In this document: positions 38,585-47,910 of the stretch, in pieces | Position numbering within the stretch: the stretch's first letter is position 1 | Layout of the letters: the number at the start of each line of letters is the position of its first letter | Origin: Candidatus Omnitrophota bacterium | Lineage (GTDB): Bacteria; Omnitrophota; Gorgyraeia; B26-G9 | Length of the DNA: 64,000 nucleotides | Reading direction: 5' to 3' | NCBI GenBank assembly: GCA_043805415.1 | Contig: JAZDHZ010000037.1 | Span: 6,949-70,948 of the forward strand | Translations under genes and position numbers: made by a program | Notes under the pieces: generated by a model | What the model saw: only the letters and a program-made list of their open reading frames with translations | What the model was told of the DNA's origin: nothing | Database searches by the model: none

Positions 38585-39880
38585 TTAGAACTTTACTCCT
38601 AATGATAATATTGCCTGCATAGCTGTTTCGTCATTACCTGATACATAATAATCCCCAGGGAAGAACCAAGCTAAACTAAGGCCAAGATTAACATCTTCGG
38701 TATAAGCATAACCTGCCATAAGATCAAGCTCTGTTCCAGCTTCATCACTTGTTGAAGTAACACTAGCTACAGCAGGCTGACTCTCTGCTAATGTATACAT
38801 CCAATACTCTATACCAACAGTAAGTCTGTCAGCAGGTACTGCAGTTGCTGTTAAAGCAATCGCGCTGATGTTTGTGTTTGGATCATAAATAGCGCCATTT
38901 GTCTGATTTTCAAAAAGCGCTAACCATCCTTTATAATCCCCAGTTGTGCTGGTTGCATCATCACCTGAACGGGATACATACTTTAAACCAACTTTTGGCG
39001 CATATTCATTATCAATCGCATAATTTAAGCCTATATCATATGCCATTGCATCAAGATCACGCTTTGATGTAGCAGTCTTCGAGTAATCACCAAACTGATA
39101 CGCGATACCCAGTTTAGCTGATAATGCTTCTACTGGCTGCATTGTTAAGCATGCTGCTAATACATTTACATCCATTGCTGCTCCACTATCCGTTAAAACA
39201 CCGGTTAACCCATCAGCTGAGCTATAATGTGCTGTTGCATAATAAGCATCTAAAACAGTATTCTTATCATCTTCAAACTTATAGATACCGTCAACAACAT
39301 AAAGATCAATATCTCCATTGCTTGTCTGAGCAGTATCTCTTACTTTTGCTGTTCCAATGATAACTGTTAAAGGATCATAATCTAAAATACCAGCAATCGC
39401 GTCAAACTGGTTCTGGATTGAAAGATCTGGCGCAAGTAAGTTAGCTTCACCGGTTGTACCATCACCAACAATAAGGCCATCAGCAATAACCAAAGGCAGT
39501 CTTCCTGCTTTAACAGTTAAAGCAGAATAAAGCATTTCCTTCATAGTAATATAAGAAGCTAAAGCACTAATAGTCTGGTTGCTTCCAGCATCTGCCCAAT
39601 CTCTTTCATTACCTAATAACATGGTTGCCGATACATTGTCTGTTAAATCAGCCGCGACGCCTAATGTAGTTGCTGTATTATAGAAATCTCTTGCTCCTAC
39701 ATCGCTAAAGCCGCTTAGTGCTACTCCTCCGCCAGAACCTGTAGCCGAGAAGTTATCTCTCATAATCCCTTTGATTGTAATTCCACCATTTAGTTTAATA
39801 TTCTGTACTTCCGCGAATGCAGGCATTGCCACAAGCGCAACCATGCATACTGCTAGAAGAATTGATAGTATACGTTTCAT
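38585..39880 (-). CDS. outer-membrane beta-barrel (porin-like) protein
   Basis: Signal peptide 'LAVCMVALVAMPAFA', amphipathic beta-strands, C-terminal 'GVKF'. No specific family recognised. Confidence 0.5.
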   Translation of the reverse strand: MKRILSILLAVCMVALVAMPAFAEVQNIKLNGGITIKGIMRDNFSATGSGGGVALSGFSDVGARDFYNTATTLGVAADLTDNVSATMLLGNERDWADAGSNQTISALASYITMKEMLYSALTVKAGRLPLVIADGLIVGDGTTGEANLLAPDLSIQNQFDAIAGILDYDPLTVIIGTAKVRDTAQTSNGDIDLYVVDGIYKFEDDKNTVLDAYYATAHYSSADGLTGVLTDSGAAMDVNVLAACLTMQPVEALSAKLGIAYQFGDYSKTATSKRDLDAMAYDIGLNYAIDNEYAPKVGLKYVSRSGDDATSTTGDYKGWLALFENQTNGAIYDPNTNISAIALTATAVPADRLTVGIEYWMYTLAESQPAVASVTSTSDEAGTELDLMAGYAYTEDVNLGLSLAWFFPGDYYVSGNDETAMQAILSLGVKF

Positions 39881-40160
39881 GATTTTCCTCCTTAAAGAAA
39901 ATTATTTTAATTTATTTGTCCAACTAGGTCTATAGTTATAGGTTTGTCTATAGTTGCCCAGGTTATTTCTATCTTATTCCATTATCACCATATGTTTATA
40001 ACTCCAGGCTCTATTTTCCCCCACCTCCTTGTCGCCAGATTAAAGTTATATATGATGAACTTAGCAAATTCTTACCAAAAAAAACAAGTTTTTGATATTT
40101 TTTTAGCTAACTTAAATTAGCATAAATACAGTTTTTTGTCAATACTTTTTCTTTACAAAA

Positions 40161-40622
40161 TTAGAAATTTAATGTTCTGTGTGTTGACATGCAAGCATGA
40201 CACTCAACACACACATTTTTCTTCCCAGATACCTTAAGCTGCTGCCTCGCTCCTGCGTCAGAAGGGTTACCTACATGTTTGCCCCCAGGCCCATGGCAAG
40301 CCTCGCACTGCTTGCCAAGTAAATTCGGAGTTTTTTCTTCACTTTCAAACCCGCCTTTTCCATAGCCAGTCACATGACATTTTAAACACTCAGTATTCTT
40401 TTCTTCTCCTTGCATTTTCAATATTTTCCAGGATTTATTGAATTTTCGCTTTTGAAAATCTTGAAATTCAGCAGGATGGCAAGTGCTGCATTTTTCCGCG
40501 CCTAAATAAGCTCCTTGAGAAGCCTGATCAGTATTTTCCTGCGCGCAAACAAACTCTCCAGATGACGCGAATAACATCATTAAACACATACTACTAAAAA
40601 TTAAAATAATTTTCCCCTTCAA
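40161..40622 (-). CDS. tetraheme cytochrome c (cytochrome c3-like)
   Basis: Signal peptide and four CXXCH motifs (CSTCH, CLKCH, CEACH, CVECH) in about 130 mature residues. Last gene of the hydrogenase operon. Confidence 0.8.
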   Translation of the reverse strand: MKGKIILIFSSMCLMMLFASSGEFVCAQENTDQASQGAYLGAEKCSTCHPAEFQDFQKRKFNKSWKILKMQGEEKNTECLKCHVTGYGKGGFESEEKTPNLLGKQCEACHGPGGKHVGNPSDAGARQQLKVSGKKNVCVECHACMSTHRTLNF

Positions 40623-40652
40623 AGCATCCTCCTCATATTAGTCCGTTTACAA

Positions 40653-41126
40653 TCACATATTGATAGAATTAGTTTTTTCAATTTCCTGTTTTACCAGACA
40701 CACTATTTTAGGAATTTTTGTTTTTAAAGTCTCGGACAGCTCCAAACTAAGCTCTATATCCTGAGGCACAATTCCGATCATCAGAGTCTCAGGCAATTGT
40801 TTATACTTTTTAGCATATTCAAGCACATGAAAAAAATCAACATCATGCAAGGATACATTCGCGTCTCTTTTAATATCAATCTGCCGCGGATCAAATTGAT
40901 ATATAGCCCCAGGCTCTTCGCTGGTTTTTATAGCATCGATTACAATTAATTTATCACATGCTTCCACAATTGGAAGTAAATCAAACCCTGCTGCCGCGCC
41001 ATCTACAAGCTCAACATTATCCGGCAAAGATTCTTTTTTTAATGCCTCAATAACATGAATCCCTATACCCTCATCTTTGAGCAATAAATTACCAATTCCT
41101 AATACTGTGATTTTTTTCTTAAACAA
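40653..41126 (-). CDS. [NiFe] hydrogenase maturation endopeptidase (HyaD/HybD family)
   Basis: 'VLGIGNLLLKDEGIGIHV...DAI' is the typical HybD N-terminus, about 157 aa. Directly downstream of the large subunit. Confidence 0.75.
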   Translation of the reverse strand: MFKKKITVLGIGNLLLKDEGIGIHVIEALKKESLPDNVELVDGAAAGFDLLPIVEACDKLIVIDAIKTSEEPGAIYQFDPRQIDIKRDANVSLHDVDFFHVLEYAKKYKQLPETLMIGIVPQDIELSLELSETLKTKIPKIVCLVKQEIEKTNSINM

Positions 41127-41164
41127 AAAACACCCAAGTCATTAACAATAAATTTTATATTGCT

Positions 41165-42577
41165 TTAGCAAACTCTAAATTTCTTCATTTCGCCATTTGG
41201 CTTGGTCAAATGCACCGCGCAAGCAAGGCAAGGATCAAATGAACGAACAATTCTTGCCACATTAATCGGATTATCCGCGTCTGGAACCGGGCAGCCGATT
41301 AAAGCCTCTTCCACTGGACCGCGCTGGAAATCTTCATCCTTAGGGCTTAAATTCCAAGTCGAAGGAACTACTGCCTGATAATTAGCTATTTTTTTATTCT
41401 CAATTTTAATCCAATGTCCCAAAGCACCGCGCGGAGCTTCCGTTAAACCCATGCCTTCAGCTTTAGCCGGGATTTCAAACGGCGTAAACACCGGCTCGCC
41501 GGGTTTTAACTGCAGTACCCATTTTTCCATAGCCTCAGCAACTTTTAAAGCTTCCAAAGCTCGAGCCGCGTGTCTATCTAAAAGCGAAGCGCCTTTGCGA
41601 TAATCACCATTGACCCACATTCTGGCCAATGGACCTACCTCGTGAGGAATTCCATCATAACGCGGAGCTTTTACCCAAGAATAAGCATTATCTTTATTCA
41701 TATCCGGGTCTGTTTGTCCTTCTGAGGGATGTTTTTTGCCTATTTCTTTTTTATACCAGGAAAACTCGACATCCTCACTAATTTTTTGCGCATTCATTTC
41801 CAGATCAATTCCCGAGGTATAACGCCCTGGCTTAAACAGAAATTCAGTTTTTTCATCATCTTCGCCAAAAACCCCATAAGAAAGGAAATTTTTATAACCA
41901 ATGCCGACTTCGCCATAATCTTTATACACATCAGCAACTGCCAAAACATCAGGCAGATAAATGTTTTTAATAAAATCTTTAAGCTCTCTGATTCTCCAAA
42001 GTGTTGAGGCAATCCTATCTACAGAAACTTTCTGGGAAACTCCGCCCGGGGTTATTGACTGAGCCATAGGAACTTTACCTGCCCATAAAGCAGTTAATTC
42101 ATGCGCTTTCATCCTCATCTCTAAAGCTTGGATATAATGCTCAACAGCCGCATCATTAACTTTTTTAGGCAGCAAATAATCTCCCTTATATCTCGGAACA
42201 AAAGGCGCTACATCCGGGCCTGTAACAAAATCAAGCGCCGCCAGATGATAAAAATGCAAAATATGCGATTGAATGTAGTTTCCGCCCAGGATCAGGTTTC
42301 TGACTATCCGTCCATTTGATGGAGGATTAACATTAAAAGCTGAATCAAGACTCAATGTGGCGGCAATAGCATGACTAATCGGACAAACTCCGCAAATCCG
42401 CTGAGTTATCATCTGCGCGTCGCGCGGATCTCTGCCATTTAATATAGTTTCAAAACCTCTAAAAAGCGTTCCGATAGAACGCGCGTCAATAACTTTGCCG
42501 TTATCAACATCAACTTCAATTTTAAGATGCCCCTCAATTCTGGTAATGGGATCAATACTTATGGTTTGTTTGGCCAT
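41165..42577 (-). CDS. periplasmic [NiFe] hydrogenase large subunit
   Basis: N-terminal 'RICGVCPISH', C-terminal 'DPCLACAVH' Ni-binding motifs, and a short C-terminal extension for proteolytic processing. Confidence 0.9.
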   Translation of the reverse strand: MAKQTISIDPITRIEGHLKIEVDVDNGKVIDARSIGTLFRGFETILNGRDPRDAQMITQRICGVCPISHAIAATLSLDSAFNVNPPSNGRIVRNLILGGNYIQSHILHFYHLAALDFVTGPDVAPFVPRYKGDYLLPKKVNDAAVEHYIQALEMRMKAHELTALWAGKVPMAQSITPGGVSQKVSVDRIASTLWRIRELKDFIKNIYLPDVLAVADVYKDYGEVGIGYKNFLSYGVFGEDDEKTEFLFKPGRYTSGIDLEMNAQKISEDVEFSWYKKEIGKKHPSEGQTDPDMNKDNAYSWVKAPRYDGIPHEVGPLARMWVNGDYRKGASLLDRHAARALEALKVAEAMEKWVLQLKPGEPVFTPFEIPAKAEGMGLTEAPRGALGHWIKIENKKIANYQAVVPSTWNLSPKDEDFQRGPVEEALIGCPVPDADNPINVARIVRSFDPCLACAVHLTKPNGEMKKFRVC

Positions 42578-42597
42578 GGCCAGCTCCTTTTATCTTA

Positions 42598-43527
42598 TCA
42601 AACTATTCGGTTAGGAATCATATTTTCCGGCAACTTAGCATACATTGGCGAAGAAGCATCAGGAAAATTTGGTTCAGTACAGGCAATACATCCGGTTCCT
42701 GAGCCAATACACCAGTTTACCCCGCTATTCCAATGACGCAGAGGGCAATCAGCATAAGCCATTGGGCCTTTACAACCTAAATTCACCAGACAGCCATCAT
42801 CGCTTAATTTTTCCGCGAACTTACCATTAGCAAAATATGAATAATTTGGACAGTTATCGTGGAGATTCTTACCATAGAACAATGTAGGTCTATTATGCTT
42901 ATCCAACTCAGGCATTCCAAAAAGAAGCACGTGTACGAGAGTTCCGACTATCCAATCAGGATGTGCTGGACAGCCAGAGATATTAACCACAGTTTTACCA
43001 GTATATTCAGCAAAACTTTTAACCCCGGTAGGATTAGGCTTTGCTTTGGGGATTCCGCCAAAAGCAGCGCAAGCGCCCACAGCAACTAAAGCAGCGGCAT
43101 TTGGAACAAGGAAATCCAACAATTCTGTTAATTTTATTTCCTGTCCATTATGCTCACCAATTTTACAGTAAGCTCCATTTTCCGCGGTAGGTACTCCGCC
43201 CTCAAGGACTACTATATATTTTCCCTTAAACTCTTCTGCCACTTCATAAATTACATCAAAAGCTGTTTTACCTGTTCCCGCCATTACCGTAGGATGATAG
43301 CGTAAACTTATAACATGTAATAAAACTTCCGCTATCTTCGGATGGACTGTATTTAGAAGTGAAACTGAACAACCGTTACAACCTGCGCCTTGAATCCAAA
43401 TAACCGGCGGTTTTCCATCATCAGCTGCTAAAGCATCAATTAATGCAGGGTTATACAAACTTGTAATACCTGCTCCAATAGCCGAAGACCCAAAGATTTT
43501 AAGAAATTGTCTGCGGGTAAGATTCAT
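42598..43527 (-). CDS. periplasmic [NiFe] hydrogenase small subunit (Tat signal, no membrane anchor)
   Basis: Twin-arginine signal 'MNLTRRQFLKIFGSSAIGAG', FeS cluster cysteines 'GAGCNGCS', 309 aa with no C-terminal TM anchor. Confidence 0.9.
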   Translation of the reverse strand: MNLTRRQFLKIFGSSAIGAGITSLYNPALIDALAADDGKPPVIWIQGAGCNGCSVSLLNTVHPKIAEVLLHVISLRYHPTVMAGTGKTAFDVIYEVAEEFKGKYIVVLEGGVPTAENGAYCKIGEHNGQEIKLTELLDFLVPNAAALVAVGACAAFGGIPKAKPNPTGVKSFAEYTGKTVVNISGCPAHPDWIVGTLVHVLLFGMPELDKHNRPTLFYGKNLHDNCPNYSYFANGKFAEKLSDDGCLVNLGCKGPMAYADCPLRHWNSGVNWCIGSGTGCIACTEPNFPDASSPMYAKLPENMIPNRIV

Positions 43528-43620
43528 ATACCCCTCCTTTTTACAAGCCCCTATGAATATAAACCTTTTTTTATTTTACATCGCAACTGCATCAAGTCAA
43601 GATAAATCTTAGCGCATTGA

Positions 43621-44536
43621 TTATTTTTCATAACCCAAACGCCGCAAAAAAATCTCATCTTTACGCCAGTTTTCCTGTACCTTTACCCATAATTCCAAAT
43701 AAACTTTTCTGCCAATAAATTCTTCGACATTAACTCTTGCCGATGAGCCTATATCTTTCAGCATCTTACCATCCCGGCCTATTACAATTTTTTTCTGCGC
43801 GTCCCTTTCTAGAAAAATAGTCGCCTGGATAAGCGTTTTACGCCCAGGATTATCGGCAAATGTATGCACCTCTACCGCCACAGAATGCGGAATTTCTTCT
43901 CGGCATAATCGCAAAACTTGTTCCCGAATAAGTTCAGCGACAACAAAGCGTTCATTTTTGTCTGTTAGCTGATCCTGAGGAAAATACTCCGGACCTTGCG
44001 GCAGGATCTGTTTAATTTTCTCTAAAACCAAGCCGCAGTTTTCTCCGGTTTTTCCCGAAACAGGAATAAAATCATTAAAAGATATTTGGCGGCTGCAAGC
44101 CTCCAGCAAAGCAAGAATATCGTTTTTGGGAATCAAATCTATTTTATTAATTAAAACAGCAGTCCATAAACAATTCTCTGCTATTTTTTTTTTCTTTAAG
44201 TGTTCTAAAAATATGCTGGTCTGCTTTTGTTATGCCGGTTACCGCGTCAATGATCAGAATTACAATATCCGCATCTTCCACCGCGCTCATCGCGCTTTTA
44301 ACCATATGATTACCCAGATTTGTTAGCGGCTTATGCACACCCGGGGTATCGACAAAAATTATCTGTGATTGGCTATCGCTAAGAATACCTAAAATCGCGT
44401 CCCGGGTTGTCTGGGGCTTATCAGAAATAATCGATAATTTTTCAGCTAAAAAACAATTCAACAATGTTGATTTGCCCACATTTGGCTTGCCCATTAAGGC
44501 AACATATCCTGATTTAAAATTTTTATTTTTTTCCAT
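43621..44536 (-). pseudogene. era: GTPase Era split by a +1 frameshift in an A10 homopolymer
   Basis: ORF 44147-44536 carries G1-G3 'GKPNVGKST', 'DTPG' and ends '...KEKKNSREL'. ORF 43621-44136 is the KH domain. Removing one A from the A10 run (T10 on + at 44184-44193) gives a continuous '...KEKKIAENCLWTAVLINKIDLIPKNDIL...' Era (G4 'NKID' restored). Confidence 0.8.
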
Positions 44537-44558
44537 TTAAGTCTCTTTTTTAATCTTT

Positions 44559-45845
44559 CTATTTTAATTCAATATTCTTACATGCCAGCGGACATATGCC
44601 GCAGTTTGAATCACAAGGTTCAATATGTATACTAACTTTTTCATACTTAAAGTTACGGATTAAAGCTTCCTCTAATTGATGCTCTAAATCATGAGCCTGG
44701 TCAACATTCATCAACTTGGAAATAACTACCTGTAAATTCAGAAAATCCCCGCTCTCATTACTCAGCAATTCAAAACTATGATAATTAATCACATCCGGAT
44801 ATTCTTTAAATATTTGCTTAAGCATTTTAGCGGCATCGGATTTCTTTTTCTGGATTATTCTTTTTAAATCAATATGCACAATTGGGCTTGATATAATATT
44901 TTTCGCGATTCGGGTTTCAACCGAAGTCGCGATCTGATGCGCTTGCACTGAATCAAGCGTATTGTCTACTTCCACATGTAAGGAAATTGCTTTCAGCTGT
45001 CCATAATCATGGGCAATTATATCATGAACGCCCTCAACTCCGGCCACGGAAAGAGCGATTTTTTTAATCTGCGCGATCAATTCACTGTCAGCGGCTTTGC
45101 CTAAAAGATGAAAGGTCGATTCCCGGATAAGCTGTATGCCCATATACATAATATATCCAGCCACCATTGCGCCGAAAAAAGCATCGAGCCAGAATATTTT
45201 AAACATTGATCCCATAACCGCGATAATTACCAGCAAAGTTGAAATCGCGTCACTGCGATGATGCCAGGCATCTGCATCCAGAGTTTTTGATTTAATCTTT
45301 TTCCCTAAATGAAAAGAAAATCTTGCTAACCATTCTTTAATCACCACAGTTATACTCAAAAAAACTATAAACAAAGGATTTGACCCAACAGCAACCGGAT
45401 TAAACATTCTCATAACCGCGCCATGTAAAAGCTCAAGTCCGACTAAAGTCAGCACAACCGCGATAATCAGCGTGGCAATATCTTCCATCCGGCCATGGCC
45501 GAAAGGATGGTCTTGATCCGCAGGTTTTTGGGCAATTTTAAAACCCAAAATCACAACCGCTGAAGTTGCGACATCGGAAATAGTATGAATCGCATCAGCA
45601 ATAATACTAATACTGCCGCTGATCATTCCCATGCTTATCTTCAGCAGAAAAATAAGGGAGTTAACTACCAGACTAACCCATCCCTCAAGATAGCCAAAAC
45701 GCGCGCGTACAGACAGATCGCTGCAATCCTGATCCGCGAGCTTTGCTTTTTTTATCATAAATTCAGTAAAATTAAAACCCATATTTTTATCCCAATGAAA
45801 TATTTTTATTTTTTTTAAGCTGTTCAACAAAAGCAAACTGTTCAC
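44559..45845 (-). CDS. cation diffusion facilitator (CDF) family metal transporter with Cys-rich C-terminal tail
   Basis: CDF TM signature 'SGSISIIADAIHTISD', a cytoplasmic domain, and C-terminal 'CDSNCGICPLAC'. The real start is probably the internal Met (about 45782). Confidence 0.7.
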   Translation of the reverse strand: MNSLLLLNSLKKIKIFHWDKNMGFNFTEFMIKKAKLADQDCSDLSVRARFGYLEGWVSLVVNSLIFLLKISMGMISGSISIIADAIHTISDVATSAVVILGFKIAQKPADQDHPFGHGRMEDIATLIIAVVLTLVGLELLHGAVMRMFNPVAVGSNPLFIVFLSITVVIKEWLARFSFHLGKKIKSKTLDADAWHHRSDAISTLLVIIAVMGSMFKIFWLDAFFGAMVAGYIMYMGIQLIRESTFHLLGKAADSELIAQIKKIALSVAGVEGVHDIIAHDYGQLKAISLHVEVDNTLDSVQAHQIATSVETRIAKNIISSPIVHIDLKRIIQKKKSDAAKMLKQIFKEYPDVINYHSFELLSNESGDFLNLQVVISKLMNVDQAHDLEHQLEEALIRNFKYEKVSIHIEPCDSNCGICPLACKNIELK

Positions 45846-46275
45846 TGCTGATAACCTTTATTCCTTGTTTTTTTAAAAGCTTCGTCAGTATGCCGTCACC
45901 TTCTATAAGCCGATTGGAAAATGTCCCGTCATATATCTGTCCTACGCCGCAGCAGGCGCTTTTTGCTTTCATAACCGCGAGATTGATCTTATTTTCTTTT
46001 GCGATTTCCAGAGCCTGACAACAGCTGTTTACAATTGCCGCGGTAATATTCTCGCCTAAATTATTCACAACTATTGCCTGCCCATTCAGCACATCCTCCC
46101 CTGTACCGCCGACTATTTCACAAGGCAATCTAGGAGTTGTAAACCCAGCCATTACTTCCGGGCACACCGCAATAATTTTGTTTTTGTTTTTTAATTCCGC
46201 AATGATATTATTAGCACAATCCTGTCCATTATAGCGGCATTTTGTACCAGCCAAACAAGCGCTTACTAAAATCAT
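45787..46275 (-). CDS. DUF523 (YbbK-like) family protein
   Basis: 'ILVSACLAGTKCRYNG' N-terminal DUF523 motif. Confidence 0.55.
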   Translation of the reverse strand: MILVSACLAGTKCRYNGQDCANNIIAELKNKNKIIAVCPEVMAGFTTPRLPCEIVGGTGEDVLNGQAIVVNNLGENITAAIVNSCCQALEIAKENKINLAVMKAKSACCGVGQIYDGTFSNRLIEGDGILTKLLKKQGIKVISSEQFAFVEQLKKNKNISLG

Positions 46276-47453
46276 AGGTTTTTACTGCCTTTTTCTTGGG
46301 CATATATTCCCTGGGCATAATCTTGAGCTAAAGCCATGCGCCGCGCATCGGAAATATTTCCATTTAAGATCTGATTGACAAAATAGTCTATGTCCAGTTT
46401 ATCGCGATTCTGCTGCTGGCGAATCAATAAAGAGATAAACGCGTCCGGTGCCTGTGTCATCTTAAGAGCATAGATATCAGCCTGTTTATCCATGGAACGA
46501 AAATAACTATTTTGAATCAAAGCCATTAGCAGAAATATAATAAAAAAAAGCCCGATTAAAACTGGTAATGTCTCAATATCAAATATGAATTCAAAACCAA
46601 AATAACCCGCTACTGGTTTAAAGGCAATATTAACAATTAAAAAAACAAGCAGCATGACCAAGGCTTCGATTATTAGTTTTGAGCGAATATGCCCATAGTA
46701 ATGGTTTGCCGCTTCGCGAGCAACAATGATTTCAATTTCCTCAGGAGCATAATCCCTGATTTTCTCACTAAGCATAAGCTTGCGTACAGGGCCATAACCT
46801 AGAATAACAACTTCCGCTTTAGCCTGGGCAAGAAAAAAAACATTCGTAACTTTTATATTTGCCCGGCCCACTAACTCAATCAGTCTTTGTTTAAACTCCG
46901 AGGAGTCTAATGCTGTAGATTGCAAAAATAAAGGGGCTAAATACTTAGGCGCGAGCTCTAAGGAATAGCGGGATATAATGCATAAAAATGCCACTGGCAG
47001 CCACCACCATAAGACATCTGTTTCCAGAAAAAAATATATCACCTGTATGACAAAAAACAGAACAGAAAAAGCTCTAACTTCTTTTTTAAATAGCGTTTGA
47101 AACCAATCAATGAAATTGTTTGCTCTGATATAAACCAATCCTTGGTAATACTTAAGCGGAAAAGAGAAAATAAAATAAAAAGCATAAAACAAAAAGAAAT
47201 AGAGCGTTATTATAATTATTGAATTGCCGGTAAATAAACTAACAATATTCCGCAATGGACGGGAAAAACTAAATGCCATAATAAACAGAAAAAGCATTGC
47301 GGCCGCAGCATTAAGTATAAAAAAAATGTTTTTTTTATTAAAATTGAACTTTGAGATTATGGCATCAAGCACTACACTTACTCCCCTTTTTAAGCAGCTT
47401 ATTGCGAATAAAGTTGAATATATTAATATATTCAACTTTACAGTAATCCGCAT
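46272..47453 (-). CDS. polytopic membrane protein with degenerate M48 (Ste24/HtpX-like) peptidase motif
   Basis: Many TM helices. The C-terminal 'EEIEIIVAREAANHYYGH' aligns with M48 'E(L)xAVLAHELGHxxxxH', but HExxH is degenerate (REAAN). The start is uncertain (internal Mets at about 47297). Confidence 0.4.
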   Translation of the reverse strand: MRITVKLNILIYSTLFAISCLKRGVSVVLDAIISKFNFNKKNIFFILNAAAAMLFLFIMAFSFSRPLRNIVSLFTGNSIIIITLYFFLFYAFYFIFSFPLKYYQGLVYIRANNFIDWFQTLFKKEVRAFSVLFFVIQVIYFFLETDVLWWWLPVAFLCIISRYSLELAPKYLAPLFLQSTALDSSEFKQRLIELVGRANIKVTNVFFLAQAKAEVVILGYGPVRKLMLSEKIRDYAPEEIEIIVAREAANHYYGHIRSKLIIEALVMLLVFLIVNIAFKPVAGYFGFEFIFDIETLPVLIGLFFIIFLLMALIQNSYFRSMDKQADIYALKMTQAPDAFISLLIRQQQNRDKLDIDYFVNQILNGNISDARRMALAQDYAQGIYAQEKGSKNL

Positions 47454-47898
47454 ATGTCCAAGCCCATGGACAAAAAGTCTTACCCCGGTAACGCAGGGTT
47501 ACTTCAGCAAAAATACCTTTGTCTAAATAAATCCTATGCTGATGATCTTTTGTTGTCGCTAAGACTAATTTTGAAACAGAAAGATATCCTGGATCAATAT
47601 TAACATATCTTTTGCCCTGGCAAGAAAAAAATTTTTCTTCGATTTTATTGGTTTTTAATTTTATACTCGCCAGCGCTTCGGGTTTTATCAAACCGCTAAA
47701 ACTTAAAAACTGCCGTTTAAGCCCAATCCCCATTTCCCGCGCATAGTATCGGGTAGAATCAAACTCGAGAATTTCACTTGTATAATCAATTTTGCCAAAA
47801 GTCTTTGCTAATCTTAATCCAGCAATATCTAAAAATTCTTGCTTGGCAATAAGACCAATTATTAATTTAGCTTGTTCCGGTTTGGCAATTTGTCCCAT
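47365..47898 (-). CDS. DUF4416-family protein
   Basis: About 177 aa, 'LIIGLI...FGKIDYTSEILEFDSTRYYAREMG' is typical of DUF4416. Confidence 0.5.
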   Translation of the reverse strand: MGQIAKPEQAKLIIGLIAKQEFLDIAGLRLAKTFGKIDYTSEILEFDSTRYYAREMGIGLKRQFLSFSGLIKPEALASIKLKTNKIEEKFFSCQGKRYVNIDPGYLSVSKLVLATTKDHQHRIYLDKGIFAEVTLRYRGKTFCPWAWTYADYCKVEYINIFNFIRNKLLKKGSKCSA

Positions 47899-47910
47899 AT
47901 TTAAAAATGA

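Noticed and set aside
39881-40160. Direct repeats 'tctatagtt' x2 upstream of the porin-like gene
   Set aside because: Short (9 bp), AT-rich and only two copies. Could be promoter elements, but chance occurrence cannot be excluded.
41165-42577. Possible [NiFeSe] hydrogenase (selenocysteine at the C-terminal nickel ligand)
   Set aside because: The C-terminal motif reads DPCLACAVH with a Cys codon, not in-frame TGA. The N-terminal RICGVC is also Cys. Standard [NiFe].
45787-45845. 59-nt overlap between the DUF523 gene and the CDF transporter
   Set aside because: Probably an artefact of choosing the longest ORF. The CDF has an internal Met (start ~45782) that removes the overlap.
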